DNA of 64,000 nt, from NCBI RefSeq assembly GCF_964355755.1, contig NC_092679.1, positions 6,106,201 to 6,170,200 on the forward strand, read 5' to 3'. Below are positions 26,320 to 39,819 of this stretch, piece by piece; the stretch's first letter is position 1, and each line of letters begins with the position of its first letter. A model generated the notes under the pieces. It made no database searches. It saw only the letters and a program-made list of their open reading frames with translations, and had not been told where the DNA came from. The stretch comes from Antedon mediterranea (Eukaryota; Animalia; Echinodermata). The position numbers and the translations under genes were made by a program.

Positions 26320-28758
26320 CAAAAGAAACCCTCAAGTAAATGGCTTTTGTGATTTTGGGAAAAAAATTAAATTAGGCTTTACACATTTTGTTTTTATCAC
26401 TGAGCTTTATAGTATTTTGAATTCTGAATTGAATTAAAACAAAGATTATAGGGTTGGTGGAAGACACTTCTGTCTACACTATCAAACTAGTTTGACAAAA
26501 AAAGTGTGATGTGCCCAAACATGTTAGTGGTATGACATCATCATTTATTTTTATAAGTATGCACACACAACATAGACATTTATTAGCTCACAATGTAAGT
26601 ATAGAGGGCTCAACATCAAACTTATTTTCAATTAGACACAATATCTTTGTAGTAAACTGATGTATGTAAACCATCAATGTCATTGTCATGTTCTTGTATC
26701 TGTGTGACAAATGTTTTTGAATATTAACGACTCAAATGTCAATCAAAAAGATTAATAAAACAATTACGCAGTAACAATACATGAATCTTTTATTTCACAT
26801 CTAAAACATTCAATACTTCAATCACATACTTTCTGTCATGTACAATTTATTAATCTTTCAAGTGTCTTTATGTCGATCTGTCTACAAAAAGTGGAAAGAA
26901 ACTTCCAAGCAATTATACTTTGTTCATTAACATTAAAATCTGACCTGGTTTTTATTCAAAAAAAAAACTTAATATCCATAATTCTTATTATAATATTTAG
27001 TTGTAATGAGTGGCTATGGAATGGTTATCACATTATTAAAATGCTAATAGTAGCTCAACTAATTGGTGTTACACAAATATGAGCGAAATGATATGTGTCG
27101 CTAATAGCCTTGTTGATTTGTATGACTATTGTGTAAAGTATTATTCCTGATTCAGTTTGCAGTGATTGATTGAGTACAAATCCAGTATATTTTGTTTTAT
27201 CAAAGATCACTGCATGCCAGATAAAAGATTGGTTTTTGTTGTGCCTGTTAACTTGTGCAACATTAGATAGGTTAGAAAAATCAGTCTGAATATAATTATT
27301 CCTGAACGTTGGTTTAAACCTTCTTTATTATATTAATAATCAAACATTTGTATTGTGTCAATAGCATGGATTTTACTGAACAAATTGTTTTGTTAAATTG
27401 ATTAAAAGCATCGAATCCACAAATGGGAGATCATTCAAAAGAGTGGATGCAACAAAAGAAAAACTGTGGAAACACGAGACATTAAATGATTCCCTAGAAA
27501 TAAAAACACTTTTTGAATAAATGATTACTTGTTAAATCGTTACATATTGTGGGACGAATATGAACTTATTTTTTTAAATGATTAAAATGAATGAATATTT
27601 AAAAATGTAAGTTTGACCATAGCTATTAAACATAACTTAATACATTAAATTCAATTACGTCCTGTACGGTCACTGATTGTCCAATTGACCATAATCAGTG
27701 ATTTCCTGACCATGATTTCTAGCATTTAGTGTAAGATTTTAATTTTGTTTTTTTTTTCATTTGTAAATGAACACACATTCATGATGTCGGATTGAAACAT
27801 GTTCAGTAAAGGTCAAAAGTATGAATCTACACTAAAAAGCTTTTACAAAATTGTAAAAAAGCTAGCAAGAATATTTGTTTCTATATATTAGAAACTGATA
27901 ATTAAAATAATAAAATTTACAATATTCAGTAAATTTTAAATTAAAAATTGTTAACAGATAAAAGATGTATTATATGGAATAAAAATATTATCATCATTAT
28001 ATAAAAGTATTATTAGAAATAAATTGTTTTTATATATGTTTGGGGATGAAATATTTTGATGTTAATTTTGAAGAGAAACATCCTGACAAGTAAATGAAAG
28101 ACTTTTAGACTATGTTTTATTCATTAGGATATAATTAATTCTGTACATATTGTTACTTGTATCTTTTTATCATTAATATTAACTTTTATGGGGTAGGGGG
28201 AAAGAACAAAGAACGATATACATAATTGGTATTAGCCATGCATTTTCTGGCATTCTTTCATTCCATCATGTTAAAATGTGAAAATCTACAAGATTAAAAA
28301 ATTCACCCGAACCATACCACATATAAATTCTCATTTCTTTATAAAATAGCAGAATGTTTCAACTGTGGAATCATTTAAAATTACTGTACCATCATGATAC
28401 AGTACTTTAATATTCTTGTTTTGTAATACACAAAAGACTCAGCTTTCTTTAGTTATTTGTTTATACTAGTTTACAAGTCTGATAATAACCCTGTTTGTTT
28501 ATATTACAATGTACCTATAACAAGACATGCTGATAAGTATTGATGATTCATTATGGTTATCTTAAAGGTCAAAGGTTATTAAGTTCAGTAAATTAAAGGA
28601 GCTGCGTTACTATCTCTACTATCTTTATCGATATCATTTAGGAATTTCATTGAAAGCAAGTTATCATGTGGATATTATTTGAATATATCCGGGTTGGGTC
28701 CATTGTTTGTAGAATGTAAATGACAAACAAAATGAGAAAGGAATATATTTAAACAATA

Positions 28759-29018
28759 CTGTAAAATCAGACACTTTCGCGACATGAAACTTTCATGAAT
28801 TAGTAACATCGGCCATTTTTGCAACATAAAACTTTCAAGAATTTGACAAATAAAGTACAAATAAATACTGTAAGAATATCGTGTATACGCGACCTTTGTG
28901 TTATAAAGACGCTAATACATTTAGCTATTGTACAGTACGTTCTGAAAGTAATTTGCGGCATGAAACTTTCAAGAATTTTGATCACTTGCGAAATTCGCGA
29001 AAAACTCTGGTTTTACAG
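28759..29018. mobile_element. Small Tc1/pogo-like MITE
   Basis: TA-CTGTAAAATCAGA ... TCTGGTTTTACAG-TA; internal repeats of CATGAAACTTTCA. Confidence 0.7.
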
Positions 29019-29342
29019 TACATTCAATAACTTTTAAACAAGGGCTCCGATCCATTTGAATGTTGTGGGATATGAGAAACCAAAAAATCCCCAAACTGTA
29101 AGACAATGTTTTTTACAGTGCCTACGAAAAGTTGGGCGATCTGTATCTGTGCAACTCTGGAAGTTTCAAATACTGTACTGCAAACACAAAAGAGCTGAAT
29201 ATATTAAGTGTCGATATGCATTGAAATTGCTATAACATTTTCAGCAATGTATATTAATTCCATTATTAAACAGCACTTTAAATTATGAATAATTTAAGAT
29301 TAATTATTTTATCATTAATATTTTTCTAATTTTAATTCTCAG

Positions 29343-29633
29343 GGATATCAGAGAGTGGTAGAGTGCTGCTGAAAGGCCCTGCGGATATATCAGAGGTAGC
29401 AGAAGGCGTCAAAGTTACTCTCTTGTGTAAAATCGATGGTAATCCTCTTCCGACACTTACCTGGTACCGTGACGGAAAACCGCTAGTACTCGGTACTAAC
29501 TATGAGAATAACGGATCACGTTTGAAAATAAAGAATATGTCTCCGGATGATAATGGAGAGTATTCGTGCCGGGGGATGAATAGAATCGGTGATGTCTGGA
29601 GCGTTTTGGAAAATATTACTTTAAATATTGAAG
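29343..29633 (+). CDS. PTK7: PTK7 internal exon (Ig2 domain); first exon visible in window
   Basis: tctcAG acceptor, GT donor, phase 1/1; (W)ISESGRVLLKGP...VTLLCKIDGNPLPTLTWYRDG...DNGEYSC resembles vertebrate PTK7 Ig2 (VTLRCHIDGHPRPTYQWFRDG). Confidence 0.92.
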
Positions 29634-29859
29634 GTACTTGAATATCTACCAATTTATATGCATTATTTTGTGATAATTTGCCACGAATTAAATTGCCATA
29701 AATTAAAATATTAAATTCACTACATTCTGGTATGTTATTTCTGATTTTTTGTGTGAGGTGTTTTGTTTGTTTGTGATGGAAAGGAAAAAAAGTATACTGT
29801 ATATATAACTAAATATTGACTAATACTAGGTTAAATTTAATTAATTTTTTTTTTATAAG

Positions 29860-30031
29860 ATACAAGAAAGGCAAGAGTGGACATAGGCCCCATGGATGTT
29901 ACTGTAGTGAGAGGAGAGACTGCTGAGTTTGACTGCAGCTGTAGTGGAGATCCAGAACCTACAATAGCTTGGTACTTTCAGGAATTCGATGAAGATATGC
30001 CAAAACCAGACCCACTATCATCTAATTCAAG
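29860..30031 (+). CDS. PTK7: PTK7 exon (Ig3, N-terminal half); not in the ORF track
   Basis: ttataAG ... AG/GTGAGT, phase 1/2; GPMDVTVVRGETAEFDCSCSGDPEPTIAWY. Confidence 0.9.
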
Positions 30032-30054
30032 GTGAGTATTGTGTGACAGCCTTA

Positions 30055-30711
30055 GACCCCATTTACACTTACGTTTGGGTCCAGGGCCAGTCCTGGGCCG
30101 GTTGCAAATATTTACCTTTTAGGTCGGCCCCAGAGCGTTTACACTAGCGACGCAGATTACTGGTCGTAAATAATTTTATCGGAAGTACCATTGCATGCTG
30201 GGATACGAAGTACAGTTTGTTTACATTTTTCTCTCTCGATCGTCAATTCAACTCTCCGCGCGAACCGACCGTTTTATATTTATACTGTATTGTTGTTTTT
30301 TTGTCCCATTAAAAACAAAATGAACCCCACTGTTTTATATATAATATGGCTATATTTTATGTATATGCGAAACAAGCGGAGGAATACTTTATTGAAAGAA
30401 GATGTCTGAAAATAAATTTAACTATATAATGAAGAAAACAAATTGTCGCCCGAAAAGGAGGAAGGTAGGTACGTATGTACTGAGAATGTCGGATCGTCAT
30501 AACAACAACCTCATAAAAAGGTCAAACGTTGTTCACGGTTCACTGCGTAAGCCGGCCCAAACGTAAAAGCCGCTCCTGAACCTACCTGGAGAGGTGGCCC
30601 AGATCTGCGTCCGGCCCAGGGCCGGCCTAACTTTTTGGAGTATTTACACTTATCAATTGCCGACCCAGGGCCGACCCAGGGCCGGCCTAAATCGTAAGTG
30701 TAAATGGGGTC
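30055..30711. mobile_element. PIF/Harbinger-type MITE in a PTK7 intron, 23 bp from the donor site
   Basis: TIR GACCCCATTTACACTTACG ... CGTAAGTGTAAATGGGGTC; TTA on both sides. Confidence 0.88.
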
Positions 30712-30893
30712 TTATTCTCACTTTTGAATGCGTTAAGTTCTAGTATTTCATTAAACTTTGTTTAATGACGGTGACTCATAAAGGTCGAGGCTGACATGCA
30801 TTAGGCCCTCAACACTTAAAAAGCGGGAACGATACAAACAAGAATAAGAATGACATTTGCATTTTATACAATTTTTTTTTCATATTCTATAAG

Positions 30894-31021
30894 GCAAACT
30901 ATATTACAGAATGGTTCTTTACACATTGACCAAGTGAAGCGTACACAAGGAGGCACGTATATCTGCACATGCTCAAACGAACGGTCATCAGAGTCGCAGG
31001 AAGCTCTACTCACTGTCGCAA
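30894..31021 (+). CDS. PTK7: PTK7 exon (Ig3, C-terminal half)
   Basis: ctataAG ... A/GTAAGT, phase 2/1; ILQNGSLHIDQVKRTQGGTYICTCSN. Confidence 0.9.
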
Positions 31022-31626
31022 GTAAGTCTTTTTAAACAAATTTCACAAAAATATTTAAAATATTGTAGCAGATATCTTCCAGACCCAATAGTGTCTCATT
31101 GATAGAAGCCATAACTTTATTTAGGTACCTATGTTTTGAAGACAAGTAAAGCCAGACATACTGAGGTGCATTGTGGTATAAATATACCTGTCTGTTATAA
31201 ATTTAACTGTAAGCGTGTCACAAGAGGTCATTTGAATTGACCCCATCAGCCCTGTTCAATTCTCTATGTAAGTACACATAATTGAACCATACCTCTCACT
31301 CCCCATCAATTATACTGTAATACATCATTATATGTGCTTAAACCAAAGAGATGTGACATGTCGCTGCTCAAACTACTGTATGTACGGACTCCATATATAA
31401 AATATAATAAACTGAAATTTAAAATAATACAAGTTGTACACAAGTATAGTAGGCCTATGTGAAATACATTTAACTATCCCAATACCACATTCTGTGAAAA
31501 ATTGAACATTCTCCCAAAATCCTAAGGTCCCATTTGTTAACACATTCAGAATACCAGACTTTCCAGAAAAGCAGACATATTAGTCAAGCCAAAGGGTGTC
31601 CGGTATTGGGAGAATTGACTGTATAA

Positions 31627-31788
31627 AGCTTTGTCTACACTATCAAACTTTATGTGACAAGAAAAATGTGATGTGCCCATATATGGATATGATGATGTCA
31701 TATCGCTACCATATTTGGATATATCACTACCATATCTGGGCACATCACACCTTTTTTGTCAAACTCGTTCGATAGTGTAGACAGACCT
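31627..31788. mobile_element. Harbinger-type MITE family H4 (~160 bp); other copies at 34860-35021, 35370-35520, 43771-43928, 45461-45570, 49938-50097 and a partial at ~26469
   Basis: TIR AGCTCTGTCTACACTATCAAACT ... TTTGATAGTGTAGACAGAGCT; TAA flanks; internal CACTACCATATTTGG repeats. Confidence 0.88.
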
Positions 31789-34555
31789 TAAGTGTGTAGA
31801 CAAAGACCAAAGTTGATGTACTTTAGCTAATAGTATAGAACTTAGCTCAAACTTTAGCACCCCATGGTACTCCACTGTTTCATTGAATATTGCAATGCCA
31901 TGCAGTTGTCAGCGTTTCCATCATACAGTACCAGTCATATCTGCCATCATGTTTCATTTATGTTGGGTCAGCTTGCCTGTCAGAGTGCCAGCCATCCTAC
32001 TGTGTCTACACATCAATCATACGATGTCAACAGGAAATATGACAGGAATTTCATAGAAGCCATTTTGATAGTAAATTATAATGTGTTATGTTGAATTTGT
32101 TTTTCACATTTTATTTTATGAAGAAAGTAGATTAGATTTCCATAAAATAAGATTGATAGAAGAGATAACATTTCTGGTAAACATTGCTAGAAATGGAACA
32201 AACCAACAGTTTTGGCTAGGATGTAATTTTAAAATTCAAATGATGTTCATTTACCGGTGTTGTTAGAAATAGTGAGTTTTTATTTTTTATATAATTGTCA
32301 ATACTGTAGGTTATTTTCATGTTTGGAAAGTTGAACTTGATTTCAGATGTCTTGAATCATGGAGGGGTTAACTTACTGTAGTGTACATTAATTTCTCCAT
32401 GGTTGAACATAAGGCCTGTTTTTCCGTCAGATAAATACCATAATATATACAGTGTTTTTTGTAAATACATTACTGTATAATTTATATTTTTGTGAGCAGA
32501 CATGGTGCTCATAAAATATTTACCATATAAAATGCACTGCAGGAGGAATTTTTTATAGGACTACCCAAGAAGTACCAGAAATGAGGTAGTGAAAATAAGA
32601 TGGATGATATACAGTACGACAGGGGCGGATCGAACCCCCTACATTTCGCAAATTGTAATGCAAAGGAAAGGCATCGAATTAAGCTTAGCCCATCATTTTT
32701 TTAGGTCCTGCCCCTTTCTCTCCCCAACCCCCTTTTTTTTTTAAAATCCTGGATCCTGTACCATATATATACATTGTATTTTGAAGATATGCAGCAGAAA
32801 AAGGCCACAGACATCTTAACATTCATTCATAAAACATCAGTCTGAAGGTCAATGAAATATGATCTTTGTTTAGAGGAAGTCTTTAGTTAAAGGCCTTTAT
32901 TTGGAAGTGACCTCTTTAGTAATTAATAACTACCACATCTAGTGGATATATCTCACAGCTTTTATATGTTACAATTATTATATACAATTTAAAGTTGAAG
33001 GTTTGAAATGACCTTTGTTCCTGGCCAATATTATAGTAGCTAGTTTATTTGTGTACACTTACTGCCTTCCATAAAAACCCTTTTATCGGCTAACATTAGT
33101 TGATTTCTTTGCTCCAATGTTGTTTTTGTTTCTGATTGCTTGGCGTATTTTGTTTGTACAAGATTCCTGCATTCTGGCTAAGTTTAGAATCTGATTGTAA
33201 AAGTCTGTGATAAGCCTAGGATAAGCACTCGTTTTAGTTGATGCCATTAGTGTGTCTATCAGATATGTAGGCCTAGTTCAATGCTTAATAACTCAACCAT
33301 AGAACTATCCAACAAAAATACCATACCACATAATAAAAAATGAAAATGTCTTCTGACTGAACAAAAAATGAGAATGTATATATTCCACTTCAACGCATTG
33401 ACACTGCAGTTGTTTAAAATATTAAAGATATATTGTTCCTCAAAACATGGAAAATACAGATAAAACCAAATGATGAATAGTTTTAGTTTTAATCGAGTTA
33501 TTCATTAAAAAAAAAAATTAATAAAGACAAAATTAACAGTTAAATTTAACTAGAGGCCCACCAATGTCTGACAGACAATGGGCTTTTGGTTGACTATTTT
33601 TGAATTATGTTTTTTCCAGTAAAACTTTTTTTTCAATTCAATTTTTGTTATCAAAGTGAATAACTATTATGTGACATAAAATGACATATTCAACAAAAGA
33701 TTGATTTAAAAAAAATGAAAATTATTTGTTCACAGAGACAATTTTTTTAATTTATCATTAATAGTTTGATTGTTTGAATATGATTTATTGAGTTGAACAA
33801 CAAATCATCAATCTTTTATAAATATTTTCATTTGTTCAATCCTGAAATAGATGTTATTTATGCAGAATATAGCTCGGAAAGAAATATCAGTCGATTTCCA
33901 AACGTCATTATGTAAACTAGTATATATTTACATAACGATCTTACTTTGCCGTTTGTGATTTTACTATGCAATCTTTAGTAGTTCACATTTGACAGTGTAA
34001 TTTTGATTATGTCTGACTCACACTGCATAGATGTATTACCTTTGAAATTTAATCACAACTTGGTGGCATTTAAATAATTTGATATTATATTTTCGTTTAA
34101 AAGTATACAAAATAATCTCATCTTATTTAGTACTTTAGTGTTACTTTAGTGCTATTAATAAGCTATGTTTATTACTTTCCAACACAAATTTTACTTATAA
34201 TTTAGGAACATACGTCTGCTTTGCTTTTCAAAGAAGAAATCATTATCTTAAGTTATACTTTTTTATTTGTTTGTATTAGGGCCAAAGGCCAATATACATT
34301 GAACTAATAAATTCCCTGAAAAGGGAAAGAAAGAAAGTAAAGTAAAAAAAAAAAAGTATTACCAGTGTATCTGTCATTGTTAAAATCACACCATCTGTAA
34401 TGTGAACACGGTTTTAATAATAAACAATCTCTTTTCCTTAAAGCCGGACTGCAATTGTTGGGCAACTCGTATGCCACTGACAAAGTGTTCTGTCGTAGAA
34501 CTGAACTATACAAGCAAAGTAACCATTGTATTTATACATATTTTATTGCTTTCAG

Positions 34556-34837
34556 ATATTGACAATATGCAAAACTTTGACGAGGTGTTTGTTAAAACCG
34601 GTTCTCCCCTATCTGTTAACTGTACCTTCCCCGACAACCAAGCCGGTGGTGTACCAATACCAGAACCAGTGTGGGCTAGCAGCGATGGTTCCCCACTGTC
34701 AACAGTCGGTAACGTGAAACAAATTGATAGTTTTCTCATTATTGATCGTATAACTGATTCAGATTACGGAATGTACCAGTGTACGATGTCGAATATTGCC
34801 GGACAGAAGCAAGCATCAGTGGATGTCCAAATGCCAA
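34556..34837 (+). CDS. PTK7: PTK7 exon (Ig4)
   Basis: ttcAG ... A/GTAAGT, phase 1/1; LSVNCTFP...PVWASSDG...DYGMYQCTMSNIAG. Confidence 0.92.
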
Positions 34838-36259
34838 GTAAGTAAAACAAACATTCTAAAATTCTGTCTACACTATCAAACTAGTTTGACAAAAAAGTGT
34901 GATGTGCCCAAATATGGTAGTGATATATGGCCAATTATGGTAGTGATATGACATCATCATGTCCATAAATAGGTACATCACTTTTTTTTGTCACATAAAG
35001 TTTAATAGTGTAGACAGAGCTTTATAACGCATGTCTGCAGTCAAAACTTATATTTTTGCCTAATAATACATACAAACTCAATATGTCCCATTAAAACTAC
35101 ACATGCTTATATTATCATGAGCCTAGGTAATCATAAAAGGATTTAATGTTCGATTTATTATGTAATTGTATTTATGTTCCCCCCAGGAGTATCATATTTT
35201 GCTGATTTAATAGTAGCCCTGCAACCAACATAACTTGAAGTTTTAAGTATAATGGTTACAAGAAACTATTTAGATTCTTTGCTAAAGCCAATAATTTCAT
35301 TTTATGAAAAAGGTTGAAAATGATTTTATTCATCTTCATAGATGAAGATAAAATAAAATAATAAAATAAAGCTCAGTCTAAACTATCAAACTTTGTGGGA
35401 AAAAATGTGATATACCCATATATGGACGTAACAAAGTCATATCACTACCATATTTGGGCATTTCACTACCATATTTGGGCACATCACACTTTTTTTGTCA
35501 AACTAGTTTGTAGATAGAGATTAAGAACACTGAAACAAATTTGAAGGACAGTAAATTAGTTAGATGTTTCTTGATGAATTATGGTAAATGAAAAGAGACT
35601 TAAATGGTTGAAATACAATGCAAGGATTTTCAAATGAAGAAGCTCGTAAAATGAATCTGTTTTACCGTCCACATTCAAATAAATCAATGAGAGTGTTTGT
35701 AAATAAACAGACGTACTTTGTATATTAGCATTGTTTCACAATCGAGTCGGTAATTTGCAGCTACTTTTCAAAATCACGCAAATTGAATTATCAATGTTCT
35801 TTGGCGGCATTATTGTCGGTATAGATTTAATTTCAATTCAGTAACTGCTGGCCAAATCATAAATGCCAATTTCGTTTTCTTTATTGTATTGGTGAAAACG
35901 TCTGGGCAGCATTTATTAGCTCATATACTGTTTACTTTAAGACATTGTGAAGTCTTTATTGATGATATGAGTTTTTTTTAAATCATCTCAATACCAAATG
36001 AGGTTTCTTTATTTCTAAAAGAATGCAACAGCAACAATTATTTAATATAATAAAGCGTTCATAGTTCAAACTAAATTTATACGAAACAAATTAAATGAAA
36101 ATCTCAATGTAAATTTTGAATAGAAAACAGTCGAACACCTATTTAGGGGACACCTTTGGGACCCACCAAATTGATTCGGAGATAGATGTAGTATCAAAAC
36201 ATGTATTACTCTTTGATCATTTCAAGCAAGGCAATCTAACAACAGGATGCTGAGCTTAA

Positions 36260-36443
36260 AGCGTGGTTGCCACTAGCGACGCAACGCTACGACGTATTGC
36301 GTAATCGCGAGTGTGAACCAACGACGCAACAATGCTGCAAACATCACAGGTTTTGATTTCACGCAGGCTGGGAAAAACACAATTATTAGAAGGGCATTTC
36401 CATACGTTGCGTAGATTGCGTTACGTTGCATCGTGGGAACCAA
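36260..36443. mobile_element. Harbinger-type MITE family H2 (diverged), within a probable Tigger/pogo-like relic (~36129-36705)
   Basis: Colinear with 49265-49471; the host shows CAGTCGAACACCT ... AGATGTTCTACTG ends. Confidence 0.7.
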
Positions 36444-37161
36444 TTTTCAGAGATCAAAGAGGTTGTGGCTGCGACAGGATCAGTTCCATGCCCCTTAACA
36501 GACACCGCGCCACAAAGAATATGTGCACAGAACTACTGTTGGTATTTGTTGCAGCCAAACAAAATATCAAAAGAATGTTACAAGTTCCTATCTTGGAAAG
36601 GCGAGTTCAGTGTCCAGTGTTGTTAGATTGCCTTGTTCCAAATGTCCCCATAATAGAGGTGTTTCCTGAATTGGGCTAGGGTACCTCAAAGTAGATGTTC
36701 TACTGTATGTATCCTTTTACCAATGCACTATAGATAAAATACAGTTGTTGGTGTTTGAAACATTTTTCAGGTACTATTATGCACATTTTTCAAGTTTTAT
36801 CATGTCCATCATTTGATTCTAAAATCTCCTGATTTTGACATTGCCAAAGTTGGGTATGTCGGTACTTCTGTCACATGAGTGTCACCAAATATTTTTATGT
36901 TCAATGAAATTTTATGAGCCTTTCTTAAAATTTCTGCCGCATCATGAAATAACCACTTGATGTGGCAGAGGCAGGTGCAATGACTGGAGAAAGCTTGTGA
37001 GGTTAAAGATGTATTGTCGCTCCTTAAATCTGCAAACTATTTAAATGTTACAACAAAAATCTAGATCTCAACTTGGATAATAGATATATTATTAATTAAT
37101 TAATATGGTATTAAATTAGAAATGTTTTTGTCTCTTTGTAATTTGGAAATAATAATAATAA

Positions 37162-37260
37162 CTAGATTTGAACTTGTCACTATGGACAAGTTAGGTTATC
37201 CGCAGCGCAAACGCCACGTGCACGTCATACGTTAGAATATTTCGCACAGAATCTAAGTAT
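37162..37260 (-). mobile_element. 3' end of a Helentron/HINE-type element
   Basis: On the minus strand: sub-TIR GCGGATAACC, hairpin AACTTGTC-6nt-GACAAGTT, then CTAG-TT; same sub-TIR as at 62695. Confidence 0.6.
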
Positions 37261-37587
37261 ACAGTATACACTATATAATAATAAAAATATCAACAAATAA
37301 TTATGTTTACAATTTGATTAAAATAAATCAAAACTATTGACTGCCAATACCTAATAGTAAACTTATGTATGGCCTCTTTATATATATATATATATATATA
37401 AATATGATGAAGGGCTAATGTTGCCCGAAAGCTCTGCTAACTTTTCTGGCTGTTTTACTTCTCGTTTTGATTTAGCTTTTCGCTTTTATTTTGTATCTGC
37501 CATTGAGATCCAGCCACTGATTCCCACAGCATTGTCATTTTTTCAGTAATTTGCCTTTGGATTTATATATATATATATATTCCTTCA

Positions 37588-37631
37588 CTTGCACTGATGA
37601 AGGGCTAATGTTGCCCGAAAGCTCTGCTAAG
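37588..37631 (+). ncRNA. Minimal type I hammerhead ribozyme motif
   Basis: CTTGCA-CTGATGA-A-GGGC-TAATGTT-GCCC-GAAA-GC-TC-TGCTAAG: core, stem II, palindromic AGCT in place of stem III, stem I with one bulge. Confidence 0.75.
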
Positions 37632-37839
37632 TTTTCTGGCTGTTTACTTTATCGTTTCGATTTAGCTTTTCGCTTTTTATTTTTGTATCTCCATTGAGAT
37701 CCAGCCACTGATACCCACAGCATTGTCATTTTTTTCAGTAATTTGCCTTTGGATTTATATATATATATATATATATAAATCCAAAGGAAAATAAAAGCGA
37801 AAAGCTAAATCAAAACGAGAAGTTAAACAGCCAGAAAAG

Positions 37840-37882
37840 TTAGCAGAGCTTTCGGGCAACACTAGCCCTTCATCAGTGCAAG
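37840..37882 (-). ncRNA. Minimal type I hammerhead ribozyme motif (antisense copy)
   Basis: Reverse complement reads CTTGCA-CTGATGA-AGGGC-TAGTGTT-GCCC-GAAAGCTC-TGCTAA. Confidence 0.72.
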
Positions 37883-38441
37883 TGAAGGAATTTGGATAAC
37901 GTCATAGTATAAAGCTGGCAAGTACTGCCTGGGTGGACAGGAAGAAATGAAATATAACAAATATTTATATATATATATGTATATATGTAAGTGTAATATG
38001 TGCCCCAATGTAGGGGTTCTCTTGTGTTTTTGTTATATTGTATTATTATTTATTTGTTTGAGTCATGTTTACTAAATGTAAAATAGTGACCACGTTTAAT
38101 GTAATCAGAAGGATACATAAAATATATATAAACCAAATTATTATTATCACAGCTGTAAGTTACTGATGTGGTATTTATATGACTGTTCTGTTGTTTTAGT
38201 GGTTTTAGTAAACAATGTATGCATTGCATTTTCTTTACCCTATTTGGTCTAATATAATCCCACGGGGCACAACCATAAATATTGGTAACAATTGTGAACA
38301 TCATTGTTTCAGGGTTTTTTGTGTAGAATTGTAAAAGTTAATTTGTTTTAATGAATAAAACTACTTGAAAACCATTTAATGGTTGTAGCCATTTAAAAAA
38401 AAAGTTTTAAAAAATTTAATAATTTGGGGTTTTTTTTCCAG

Positions 38442-38575
38442 CCAAACCAAAAATAATACGTAAACCAAGAGCCCAGGTGGTGAAAGAAGACAGTGATCTG
38501 TATTCTCACTGTGAAGCTGAGGGGATGCCAACTCCTACAATCACATGGTTCACAAACAATGTTGATGTTATGGAA
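38442..38575 (+). CDS. PTK7: PTK7 exon (Ig5, N-terminal half); not in the ORF track
   Basis: ttccAG ... GAA/GTAAGT, phase 1/0; KPKIIRKPRAQVVKEDSDLYSHCEAEGMPTPTITWF. Confidence 0.92.
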
Positions 38576-38937
38576 GTAAGTCATTTGTCATTATTTACCG
38601 TATAAGTAACTAAAGCTTCGGTTCTTACTTAGAACTCTTTTACGTTATGTATCTTGATAGACTACCATCACCACTGTTGGTTTGTGTAAATGCTTTTAGT
38701 CCTCTAATATGATCATTAACAATAAAGCATTTTTCGTTGTATTTCTTAGTCGGCCTCTGTCGTAATTATTTACCTATCCGTCAAGAAACTTCACTTGCTT
38801 ATTTCAAAGCTGCTATAAAAACTCAACTTTTTAACTCATTACTATTTTTCTTAGTTTCCTGGCATTTTAATTAAAAGTGTATTGAGGCTATTGCATAATT
38901 ATTATTAAAGTACAAACTTATTTTTACTTTTATTTAG

Positions 38938-39082
38938 ACGGATAAAAGTGACAGAACAACTGTGTTTGCAAACGGCACACTTCACATCTCCAAGATGAAG
39001 CTTTCAGATTCTTCTTTCTATATGTGCAAGGCTATGTCTTCTGGTGGATTTGCACAAGCGTTGGTTAACATAACAGTACAAT
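38938..39082 (+). CDS. PTK7: PTK7 exon (Ig5, C-terminal half)
   Basis: tttAG ... T/GTAAGA, phase 0/1; VFANGTLHISKMKLSDSSFYMCKA. Confidence 0.92.
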
Positions 39083-39819
39083 GTAAGATTCATGGTCTTT
39101 TAAATGCGTTATATTATTGGGATCCAGATCCTGGTGTGAGGATGGGGTGGGGTTGATTCACTTAACCCATAAACGATAAGCAATAACTTTAAACATTGTC
39201 AGATTTTGGTAATTGTATTGTTATTATCTGCGACTATATTTTTTATGCATAATTCATCAAGCATGATCTTAGTCATTCTATCACGATCAATAAATTTCGA
39301 ACTGCCAGCCACCATAAATAAAGAACCCGCATGCTGTTGTAAATTAAATTCTTGTTAAAGTATGTAGCTAGTGGTATGGCTTCAAAGACAATAACTAAAC
39401 CTGTCCATAAATCACAACGCTAAACCACATCAATCACGTGTAAGTTTACATTAACTACATCATTTCGCCAACAACATCTAAGTTGGATGCCCTATCAGTA
39501 ATTTTAACTCTGCTGCGTTGTGACACGCAGCAATAAAATATTTTTTGTAATTCCTAACTACTATCGGACAAAAAAAGGTGTTGTTTTGACGTTTGGTTCA
39601 CATCTGGACCCGTAGACACAATGGGAGTGATTGAGTTTACCAATCACAAGCGACATTCATATGATCCATTGCGTCGTGATTGGTTGCAATTACTTGCAAG
39701 CTGCTTGCATTGTGTTCAATTAGGAACCTCGCTTTTGATCCTTGTGAAATAAATTTGTGTTTCAAAAAATAACTTTGTAGATGTAATAATTGTTGAGAAT
39801 TATTAAAATTCTTTTGCAG

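Larger units (their letters stand above)
37379..37985. mobile_element. Penelope-like pLTR / retrozyme-like cluster: two direct ~190-bp units plus one inverted unit, separated by (TA)n
   Basis: Units at ~37405-37564 (+), ~37580-37756 (+) and ~37777-37965 (-), each carrying a hammerhead core. Confidence 0.8.
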
